Below are positions 11,401 through 23,400 of a DNA stretch of 64,000 nucleotides, in pieces. The translations under genes and the position numbers were made by a program. Under the pieces are notes generated by a model, which was not told the DNA's origin, ran no database searches, and saw only the letters and a list, made by a program, of their open reading frames with translations. The DNA comes from Macrostomum lignano (lineage: Eukaryota): assembly GCA_002269645.1 (NCBI GenBank), contig NIVC01000952.1, forward strand, positions 144,196 through 208,195, read 5' to 3'. How positions within the stretch are numbered: the stretch's first letter is position 1; the number at the start of each line of letters is the position of its first letter.

Positions 11401-14400
11401 TGAGCCATTCGCTGGGACTATACGTAGCAACCGAGCTTTCGTCCTTCCAGGTAAGCACATTGACAATGAACTTGTACATACATTTAGTAAATGTACGATC
11501 TGAAAATGTAGCAAGAATACGAATAGTCAAGACAAGGCTTACATAAAATTGTTAGAATATTCGATTGAATTGTTTTGGCGTACCCTTTAAAGCGTCGTTT
11601 AGAATCAGCTGCCTATCCAACAAGCGACAGTCTTGTTCGTCGATATTCCCAACTTGACCATCTTTGAGAAGGCTCATGGCCTGATGGATTGACTCATCGA
11701 TTAACATTTTTAGATCTATTGGCGTGTTTATTCTTTCGCCTAGCAAATGGGCGTATTCTTGACTACTGTAATGACATAACTTTTCTTGCGCTTCAAGGGA
11801 GGCGTTAACAGCAGTAGCCACTGATTTACCATCTAATAATCGAATGTTTACTCTGCCTGAGGGTATGAACTCTTCAATGTGCACCGACTGCCACCGGCCT
11901 GAGTCAAAGCCAGTGAATGGGCTAACGTGCGAACGAACAAGTTTGATCAACAATACCACCCGCTTGTTTCTACAATGGTCTGGACTAGCTGCTAAAGCCT
12001 GTTTGAAATGATCCTCAATCAGGTACTTCGTGCATGCCAACAGATTCTGATAGTTCTGCCTGAGACCTTCAAATTGCAGTATCAGAATCGAACAGTCGCT
12101 CTCAGTAAAAAAGCGCTTAGCATACTCACTGAACTCGTTCTCACTCTGAAATGTACTTAAGTTTTCGAACTTCACTTCTTTATTAATATGCCTCTGCAGG
12201 GTCTCGCATTCGGAGATTGTCATAAGTCTATCATGAGTTGTCACCTGAAAGAATGACTTTGCCGGATTCCTAATTAGAACACTGCTCTCTAAAAAAGACA
12301 ATAGACTACTCAGATTGAAAACGTTGTAGTAGATTTCTAAATACTCTTCTTTATACTGCTTCAGTTCTGTTTGATCAAGACGAACTAGACTATCCATTGT
12401 AGCAACAGCTAGCAGGCAGTTCTTGATATTTAGCTCGTCAACTCCAAAGTCAATGATCAGGGTTGATATTACATCGGTATGAAAGCCCACAAAGGCACCG
12501 CTAGGATTCTTTTCTGGTGATAAACTTGTTTTAGAAATAAATTTTGAAGTCCATTTGGAAAGTCGCGTAGCACAGAGTCTCTGCTCATTCGATAGCATAG
12601 CCAAGGCTGTGAGCTTATGCTTCTCAAGCCGATTGATCAATGGAATCGGAAATCGCTCTCTCACTGTCGTCTGCTCAGCAACGACAATCATGCGGAAGTT
12701 CAGGTTCACCTTGCATTTGAGCCGGTGGGTGCCAAGTCCAAGATCGACAAAGCGATCGTCACCGCACTGCTCATAGTACTGGTTTAAAACATCGTAAAGA
12801 CTTTCATACAGAGCGTCCATGTTCAGCAGGACAACAGTGCTGCCTCGCTCCATGCAGATCTTAATACGATTGATGTCCAGACAGATTTTCGAGTAGTCCT
12901 GGTCCTTTGGAAAGCTGCTGCCAAAGATGATGCTCACTTGCTGATCATGGTCCTCGTCTTCGAGCAGTCGAGGCAAAATCTTTAAGCCTGAATAGTTTTC
13001 CGTGATAAGCAGCAGGTATCGCTGCTCCTCACCAGTGGATCGCAGAGCATCTCTGATGGCTGAATAATTTCCCAAGTCGATTTCTCTCCCAACAATTTCT
13101 TTAGCAAAGAAGTCCACTGGATCCAAGTCACCGAATCCGCTGAAGTTTCTCTTTATGCACTGAGCCACAGTCCTAAGATTCAGGGTAGACTTTGAGGCCA
13201 AATGCTTTACCAAACTGAAGTAGTCACGAAGGCCAAAAAACTCTCTCTCCTTCTGCGTGTGGTCGTATATTTCTTCGTAAAACGTTGTGACATGCTCCAG
13301 GTGTGATCGAACGCGATCTCTTCGAACCTGACTTTGGCAGATTCCCTTTGCCGTGTCCAGTAGATCCTCGTGCGTGGGCACGTCTCGCAACAAGTACAGT
13401 CCGCGGTTCATTTTGGCCGGGTCCAAAGCCCAGTTCGAGATACCGATGAAGCCAACTTTGCTATGCTTTCTGTTTTGAGCTGTTTGCAAGGAGTCAGTAA
13501 AGTAGCCTTCCTCAAGAAGCGGGTGAAGTGCCTTTAGAGGCATCTTGGGACTGTCTTCTGCCAAACCGACTTCGTCAAGAATAACCACGGAGACGAACTT
13601 ATCGAGGTCCTTTTCTTTCTGCAGTTGAGAGCACTGTTCGAACGTCTTGATGATTCCCTCAGAAGTTGACCATGGGGAACACTGGAACGACAGCATCTGC
13701 GTATTTGGAAGCTGGCGAAATATTTCACCTTGTGAGTTCGTTCCTAACATGTTGCTCTTCACAATCGACTTTCCGAGCGACTTGGAACTTCCAGGCTTTC
13801 CGACGACAAACAATGGGATTCGAAGTGTGATGCAAAGCACCATCATAAAGACATTTTCTCTAAGAGCTTCGTTCTTGGCAATTGACTTGGGCAGATGCTC
13901 CGAAATGTCATTCAAAAGCCTTTGATGACATCGGGTAATGATTTGCATAATATCATGAGGACTCAGACCTGCATTGAGAACCTGAGACAGCAATTCGAGA
14001 TAGCCATTTTTGTTCTCCTTCGGCAGGCGACTCAGATAGCACGAAGCTAAAGCCATAATTTCGATTAGAGTTTCCTCATTGCAATCAGAATCTCCGTCAT
14101 CTCGAGCGTCCAACTGTGCTAGCAATCCATTTGAAAGCCACTGGAACACGACTATGACCTTCTCGACTTCTCTCAGTGAAACATACTTTGTCTCATCATC
14201 CGTAGTGCGCATGAAGTGTTGTGATGCTGCAACCAGCTCTACAAGGCGTGTCTTCTGTGCTGGAGAGGTCCGAAGTCTGGACTCAACCATTCTGGTGATG
14301 TACTTCCTTTCAGAATCATCAGAGAGACTGCCAAAGTCCCACAAAACGCTGATCAAGGAGAGGGGCAGAGGCTTCACACGATAAACCAAATGTCGCATCG

Positions 14401-17400
14401 GAACATTTCCGAATTTATCCTGAGTATCCTCTTTTCTCACTCTGTATCCAAGTCCACTGTTCTCCAGTCTCTTGATTGTCGATTCGGGATGCTTGCGGTA
14501 AGGATTGCAAGCGGCAATGCATCTCAGTCCATAGGCAAAGCTTATCCTCTCACCATTGATTCTGCCGTCAATCATGATTTCCTTAATCAGACCGACAGCA
14601 CTGGTCGTGTTTACTTCATCAAAGAATAGAATTGTGTAAGGAGTCACTGCGTGGTTCTGACGTGACAACTCAACAGCGTCATGGACTGCCTTCACCACAT
14701 CGGCAGTTGTTACAGCACCGTGGACCTTCAGAATTCGCATGTTGCAAATATCGGACTGAGCTGGCAGCATGATTCGAGCCAGAAACTCGACAAGCTTAGT
14801 CTTTCCACAGCCCGTTTCGCCCATCAGAACGACAGGAATCTCGCTCCTGAACCGCATGTAGATAGCCAGCATCTTTTTGACGTTGTCCATAGTCAGCTCA
14901 TAGGACGGATCGGGGTCCGGGAAATTAGTGTCAGAGTGACCGAACACCATTCTCATTCTCTCAATTTTATTCTGCCGACTCAGATCCTCGAACCGCTCTT
15001 GAAGTCGAACACGTTGTGCGATGAGGCTCTGGTAAAGCTGCGGACTCATGATGTCTTCCTGTACAACATCGTTGCTCGCGCTGTCCAAGAGATGACCTTG
15101 TTGACTCACTGTGAAGCCGACGAATGTAAAGGTCGTGCCGTCTTGATTGAACAGCAGATAGGGGTGAGAGGTGTGCTCCCAACGACGGCGGACTTCAAAG
15201 TTCTCAATCAGTGGACGATCATTCTCTGCATTTGGTTGTGCAGCTTTGCTCTCATCCGCGATGTTCAATGAGCGACTTGAAAAATCTTTCGACATGAGCA
15301 AAAGACAGGAAAGCACAAATCTTCTGAAGCCAGGTAGGTCTTGCTCGGCTAGTGGCTCACAGAAAGGGGATCGCTCAAAGTCAACAAGCTGTCCGTTGAA
15401 AAACCTGGCGAAGTTGTTCAGCTCAAGCCACGATGGATTGTCAATGCCGCAATTTTCTAAAAGCAGACGCACGATTTCAATTGAAGGAATTTGCGCTTCT
15501 AAGTCACAGTGAGCAGCATTTCTATTGCCTAGGGATGCCAGGTACACTGCAGGTCGCTTGCACACAGCGGTTTGGAGATGCGAATCGCTGAGCAGTGGTT
15601 GCCAGTCTGATGCCATTTCACCTGCTTCGAGCTGCCTCAAAGCGTCGCTTGGCGAAACACAAGTGATTGACGGCAGGTATCGAAGTACGAAGAACTCTGT
15701 TTTGAATAGATAATTTCTCGAATGTTCCAGCAAGTACAGGTCTTCTCTTCTTCTGCGCCAAATTCGTCCATTTGAGTCTGTAATGGCTCCAAACATTGCA
15801 AGCTGAGTGAAGACATTTTCAAAGCCTGTCTGTACTTCACGAGCAATATCCAGGTGAAATGTCCGGGGCCGCCTGTCTTTATTGTCTGCTTTGGCAAAGA
15901 AATCATACAACTTGTCGACATCCAGGTGCGAATCACTGCAGCTGAATACGTGAGCCTCGTGTCTTGGTCGAAAATTGGCAATCTCATTGCACTGGTGCGA
16001 CTTCCCCATTCCTGAACGATCGGAAGTGATCCAAAGAAAACTGCTGTGAGCTGGACCTGCTTCCCTTCTCATGAACTGTGCAACCCAATTAATAATTTTT
16101 TTCTGGCTGGGCTTGGTAGTTAAATCTTTCTGAAATGGACTGAGGGCGTTGCAAAATGGATATTGCTTTTGGCTTTGAAGCGGAAACAGTGCGAAGAAAT
16201 ACGATTGAATCCGGCCATCTACGCTGTTTAGTAGGAGACTGAGCTTCTGCTCAGCAAACACTGACAGGTCATAGGTTAGCTGGTCAGCGCTCATTATCAC
16301 AAAGAGGTGATCCGGGCTCTGACTAAGTATGGCACGATGCAAAAACACATTAATTTCTTCTTCACTTGTATCCTTACTGCATATCAACACTTGTTCATAC
16401 TGTGGCAGACATTGGTAGGCAAGATAAAACAGCTCAAGCAGTACTAAGAGCTGTTCACTCGGCTCAAGGCTGACTGCGAAAATTTTATTTTCATTAAACT
16501 TACTCTTGAACTCGCCGGATATGGTTTTTCCAACTCTTCGATAATTCCGATACTATTTAGGAATTGCGCAACTTTCTCAAAATTTGATAAATCGCTGGAT
16601 GTTGTATTAAGGTACTCATTCCAGATTTGCTTAAAAGCAGTGTCCACAGGCCCGTTGCTTTCATTCGTGTCTTTTTGCCGCGCAGGTGGATTACTTTTTG
16701 GAGCGGGCTGCTTTTTCTCTTTTTTGTCGGACTGTTTCGTTTCCTGTATTGCTCTTCTTACATCGTCCTCGGAACAATCAGGACACACGTAGCCGAGCAA
16801 ATTCAGCACTGATTGGCTCACTGTGCCTGTCACCCTGAACAGGTGGGCCAGTTCTCTCTGCAAAATTAGAATCTGCTTCAGACTGAAAAAGTTTAGATTG
16901 TAGTGCAATCGCCGAGCCTGCGCCACCTCCTCCTTCCATTCCTCGAGACAGTCGGAAAACGCGTGAGAAAAGTCTGTCAATCCTCTAGTTACGTCAAAAT
17001 ACCTATAGCTCAGGGTTCTCTCCTGGTTGCTGAGCCGCAGCTCAATAATTGCATTGGCATCGGCCCTAGTAAATAGGTTAAACCTCATAAACATGTGCTC
17101 GCACAGTATGCAGCACTGTTGCTTAAACTCGCCGTACACATCCACTAAGCGAAACATGCTTGTGGTTAGTCGAACAAAGCGATCGAGCAGAGCTTGGTTC
17201 TCATACGTCTGGCCAGCAATAAGCATTAGCTTGGACTGTAAGTCCTTCACGTCTTCGAGTTTAAATACAGTCGGAAAAAGTTGTACCTGTTGTACTCCTG
17301 CATCAGTAGAATGAATTCTCAGTTGAAAATTTTCTTCGTTAGTAACATAGCAGCCGATCTCGATGGAGCCACATTGGAGAATCTTTTCAATTGACTTTAG

Positions 17401-20400
17401 AGTCGACTTCTCTACAGAGCCCTGGTTTTCTTTGATTATTTTTATCCAGTCGAGTCTCTGGCTGGTCTCTTTCAGGTCTTTATCAAGCTAGGCTTAAGGT
17501 TTAATTTTTGAAAAATCTCCTGGCAGTCCTGCAGAAACTCATTGATACTCTTCTCGTGCCCAGCAGACCCGTCGAGGCCGTACACAATGTTTCCTAATTC
17601 AGTCACAACGGTGTAGAATGTTTCAATCTTTTTCTGCTCCAGATCACCGGAATCTCCCAGGTAAACCATGGCTAAGTCAAAAAAGGTTTTTGCCTCTTTT
17701 ACAGAGGGGACGTTGCTTCTGAGCCACATGCAGAGTTCATGGCTGCATTCAATTGCGTCCATTAGTGGCAAGAACCGGCTCTCTTTCGAAGCTTTGTCGA
17801 GGTAATCGAATTGGCTCATTTCCGTTAGTTTCACGGTTCTGAGCGGTACAGCTACACTGGCCTCTCCAACTCTTACAGCTCTCTTTAAAGACTCTATATT
17901 GTGATTCAATTGAAACTTTTCCATCACCCGGATGATAGCAGCAGCCACCTGCGAGTTGCGGGACATTTTCCTGGCGAACAGAAACCTCTGCAAGAAGTCA
18001 AGCCACTCTTGTTCAGCCGGCTGAGGATTAAAGCACTCGATCTCAGCTCTGATTTCACTTTCGTCATCGTTCTGAGCGATAGTGCCAAAAAAGTTTTCCG
18101 CCGTTTCCAAAGTGGCTTCGTCTGAGAGAAGGCTGAGCACCTTTTCGTCCCAGTGGTCAACAGCAGCTGCCAGACAGAGGACCAGACTACGGACGTCTAG
18201 CTTTTCTCCCATGTCAGTCCCATCTTCTTTTGCCTTCAACTTGATCTTCTCCTGAACTGAAGCATCAAATGTCCTACTGTGCATTAAGTTATCGAACCGG
18301 TTCATTAGTGCGAGGATTGTCGGTTCAAGGCCAACCAAAAGCTGGAAGTGTTTCAACTGAAGGTAATATTGTGGAAGATCCATGTCCACTAGCTCGTCAA
18401 ATTTAGTTCCGTTTAAATTTTCCTTATCCAACAGGTGTCTGAAGTTGTCTAAGTTGACTAAAATGGTGAGGGAATTTTCGTTACAATCAGTTTATTATGG
18501 TACGAGCGTACGACCTATTAAAAATTCAAGAGCCATAGGCTACTCGCAAATCGTGAAAATCTCGCTAACGAAATGCATCTTGAACTTCACTTGCAAGATT
18601 ATCAAGTATTTTGCACAAAATTAAATGTTTTAAATATCCATTTAGAGAGCATAACTGCATTTTTAGCAGATGAACCCTCCAAAGATTTTTTTCTAACTTT
18701 TCCTTGACAAACTTGCGAGCTCTTCATTGGGGGATTCAGTAGTAAAAGGGAGATATTGGGAATTCAGTATACTAAAAATGGTTTCTACAATCTGCACGAT
18801 TCACGAGTGTAGCACCCTTCTGATTGAGTTGGCCATGTCGAGAGTGAACTCACCCAATCTCATATCAACTTTCTCGACAATCAAGTTCAGAAGATTTTCC
18901 ATGACGCTGACAGTTGAATCAAAGCGCCTCTTTCTCTCCTCCACTTGAGGAAGAAGTTTCTTAATATTAATTTTTTTATCAAACACGTTGCCGAGGAACT
19001 CTAGGCCGGTTTGTTGCCGGGACAGGAGTTCAACTTCTCCGTAGCGTACGAACCCGGGACCGGCAGCGATTCGCTCCACTAAATTGGAGCCAGTAGAGGA
19101 ACAGGTCTTCATAATTGCCAGCGCCTCCTCTGAGAGCTTCTGAAACTGCTTGCTACCGCGTTCTGAAATTTTTAGGTCAGATTATAGTTCCTGCGATAGC
19201 TGGAGAGATGACAGAGCGTCGAGGACAACTCTGATACACGTACAGTTCTATCTTCTCTCACCCAGCTCGAAAGTAGATTTGTGCCCAGCGTACGCAGCAG
19301 ACAGCCTTTAAAAAGGGTCACTCTAGCTAGTACTGTTTAAAAAATCAGTAATACGCTACAAATTTTACCATGTTGTTTCAGAAGCATTATAAGTTCAGCG
19401 GTTCTTACTCATATCAGCGATAACCATGGCTGCAAGGGGCCATTCCAGCACCAAAGTGAGGTTGGGATCGGCCTTGTGCGTCCCTTGAAACCTGCCGATT
19501 CTGTTTGACCTCAGGCTGATGACAGCATTGGACAATGCTTGACAAGCGATCGAAAAGTGCGGATGATCTTCTCTGAATATTCTTCGCAACCCCTTCCAAG
19601 TTGTCGACTGAAGTTTATGAATTGATCGAATTAGATACAAATATCTTGAGTCGTACTTAAAGACAAAAACAAACAAAAAGTAAACTTACCATTTGTTCAA
19701 AAAAGTATCTTCCCTGTTCCATGGACTCCAGCCTGCTGAACAGAAGTTCGATCGCTGATTTGGTTATATTGGCACTCAGTGTTGAGAAAATTTCGACGCT
19801 CCTCTCACTAAAAAGCTCAAGAAGAGCCTCCTGAAAATTCGTTTTATCAACTGAAAACTTTTCGTGTGAGAATAAAGACCCCGAAGCATAAAGAAAAGTA
19901 ATAGGTTTGTATAAAATACCGTCGATATTTGATCCAACAGCAATTGTAGGCCTGAACTTAAAATAGACAGAATGCCTTTATGAAGCTTTCCGTCTTGGTA
20001 GTCCAACGGTAAAATGAGAAGAGCGTTGAATTGCTGTAAAGGAAAAATTAACGCTTGAATTTTAGGTTCAGGTTTAGGTTTAGGTTTAGGTTCAATTTTA
20101 GGCTCTTATAGCATAGAAATATGTTTCACCTCTAACAGCACGGTAACTGTAACTGCGTTGCGCTTCAAAAATTCACAATGATAATCCACCAGAGCCTGCA
20201 AAAGCTTTTTAAGTTCATCTTTAGCGCGCTGCTTTTCATTTTCAGACAGCATCTCGCGACGTTTCTGTCCATCCCGTTGGCCGGCTGTCAAGTAGCGCAT
20301 TAAAACAAAGCGAACAGATTTGAAACTCAAACCAACGGCCAGCGCCTCCATTCTTACTGAGCGAAGCGGCATCCTTAAAACGGCATTAGCGAGCTCAAAG

Positions 20401-23400
20401 CCGATGAAAAGGAATGCTCTAGGTGACGTCACCAGTAGAGTATTACCCGAAAGTTCATCAAGGATGGCCTACAAATTTTAAGTAGCTAAGCTTGATTATT
20501 TGTGTTTCAGTCCGGGTTTATATTCATTCGCTCTCTTCTCAAACTCACAATAATTTGTTCAAAATGGCCGGTTTGGTGCATCGGAATTTTGCTCTGCAAA
20601 ATACAGGCAGCAACGGCCAGCTTCACCTCCAGGGAGAGATGCCGCAGCTTCAGCAGTTCCGGCAGAGCATCGTCTCTCGTGAGTGCGGCGCAAAGTCGGC
20701 CCAGCAGAGGATCGACCCGACCGTACTTGGACAGAAATGAGTCCAGCCAAACCAAGTTGTACCTAGCGAATATTAATGGGTAGAATGGAATAAATATTCA
20801 TATCCATCAGGTGGGATCAGATAGTAATGCTATTACCATTTATGGTAATCATCGCAGAGGTCCCTGTAGGAACTTGTTCGAATATAATATAAAATAGTAT
20901 AGCATTTCCCAGTCAATTTGGTCCTAGAAGCACTCAATTTAATCCGCAATAGAGAATTCCAATTCATTCCGCTGTCACTAGAGATATGTCTATGGCCAAG
21001 TATGCTGTTTCGTTCCACTCAATTTAATCCTTGGGCACTTATTTCGCGTATTCATTTTAAAAGCCGTTAATAAGCAAGAATGAGTGACTCGGAAAGTAGT
21101 CACTACTGACGGAGAAGGAAATCAGGGGCGCGGACCATATGCGAAAGTTGACAATGAGAGGTACCGTCTCATCGTGCAAGCTCTTGAGCGTGGAGAGACT
21201 CCATCGTCGATTGCTCGGTGGCTAAACATGAAAATTCGAACGGTATACTCAATAAGAAGGCGATACGAAACCACTGGCCGCCAAGATGGTCTTCCTAGAG
21301 GCGGCTTGCGACACGAAAAACTTGGAGAGATGCACACAAACACGCTGCTGCAAATGTTGGAGGAAAATCCACTTTTAACGCTGAGTCAAATGCAACATGA
21401 GCTTCAACAATCTCATCGTTGTTAGCAGAAGTTAGAAAAAGTACGATCGCTCGGAAGCTCGACAAGCAATTGTTTACGATGAAGTGCTTGGTAAGGGCTT
21501 GCTTCCGGCAGTCAAAGTCGAGCTAGATGGTCCACCTCCACAAATGACTCTGTGTCAATGGGGAATCACTGTGCTAATCCGGATCGCCGAAGAATCGACT
21601 GGCGTGGTTACGGCTGCGAAATGCGGCGGATGGGACCGCCAAATGATGCGCTTCATTCCTAGATGCATTGCGGGTGACCCCATTTTATAACTTTGATGAT
21701 GTTGTTTCTGATGCCTGTTCAGGTTTCCTTTTTTGTTACTGTTACTGTTTTCCTTGTTTTGTTTTGTCGACTAAATTATGGTAAATTTATTCCAGCTTCA
21801 TTCTGAAAAACTTAATGCTTACAAATCAATGCGTCAATCTCTTTTCTTTAAAAGTAAGAGCTTTTAAAATGAATACGCGAAATAAGTGCCCACAGGATTA
21901 AATTGAGTGGAACGAAACAGCATACTTGGCCATAGACATATCTCTAGTGACAGCGGAATGAATTGGAATTCTCTATTGCGGATTAAATTGAGTGCTTCTA
22001 GGACCAAATTGACTGGGAAATGCTATACTTTATACACCATAAAGGCCGTTTAATTATTCCTAGTCTATGGTTAAAAGTCTATGGCTTCCTTCCAGTCATA
22101 AAAAATTCATGGAAGACTTTTTATAGAGCTTATGACTGCTAAAAATGTCTCCATCATGACCATAGATTTGCATTTGACCATACAACGGCCTCGTGTCTTG
22201 AGTGTTTTTACACCTTCAATTTCATAACCTGCTATCCGGAGGTCTCAAAGTGAGCAATTCCACAAAGGCAACGCAGTACTCAATACCGCACATACTCATA
22301 ATTGTACTCATATGCAGAAAAATAAACAAAGCTTACCTGAGTCTTTTAATTTGGTGGCAAAAGTTATCGGTCAACCGATGCAGGCCCCACCAATTTCGGT
22401 CAGTAATGCTGGGTATTTGACTATACACTTCGTCGATGCCATCAGAACCCCAGGGTTTTACATTCAACAGTAGAATATGATAGGCCGGAGCCACATACAA
22501 GTACTCAAGCAGATTGACATCGCCTTCTCCAACAATTTTCAGCGCTTCTTCGAAATCAGCAATCGTTTCTCTGAAATGTGATTTCCATATATCTGCGACA
22601 CTTAAAAAGCTCAACTGCTTTCACTATGTATAATGACGGTCAAAATTATGAAAAGAAAACTGAAATAAAATCAAATCAGAACTTTATTGTGGCTCAAAAA
22701 CACGAAAAACCTTGCCGACTGGCTCACGGTCTGGCTCACCGTAATCCCCACCCCTCGCTAGCAAAGTACATTGAGCGAGATTGAGAGACACCAAAACAAC
22801 TTAACCTAGCCTCCGCCCCGCCCCCGGTGCGCACACAGGCCAAGTTACCAAAAAAACGGTTACATAGTCGTTGTCTCACAATCAAGTGTGTTAAGTTGCT
22901 TCAGAAGTCGTAACCTACCATGGGGTAGTAAAGCCGATTCTACAAAAAGTGTTGACTCTTCAGCACTTCTGTACTACGAGTACATGTAGCGGTTGCTCCA
23001 TCGGGCCAAGAGGTGGAAACGGTGACCTTCCAAAGTTTAACCGTCCAAGAGACGGTTTAAGTTTACAAATGCTCATCGTCTATGGGTAAGGGGCATGCAT
23101 GAGGAGGGCGTAGCCTAGTGGTCTAGTGCGGCGTATGATGTTCCAGCGGCCCAGGCGATCAAGTGCAGTCACATTAATTTGAGGCTACATTTGAATCTTG
23201 GCTTGGCTCTGCTCGTGCAATAATGGCCTTGAGAGCAAACTCCCAAGGCGCAGTGTACATGCCTAACGATAAATAAAGTTATGACCGCTGTACACTCCTG
23301 TGTGAGTGTGTGCCTGTTGCGTATGACTGCGTACGTATCCACGCGCTTGTGTGCCTGCTCAGGGGAGTCGGCGGAATGGGCAGTAACGCCTTTCACTGAT

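Noticed and set aside
20071-20095. Telomere-like (TTTAGG)n
   Set aside because: Only about 4 imperfect copies inside an intron, so a simple repeat.
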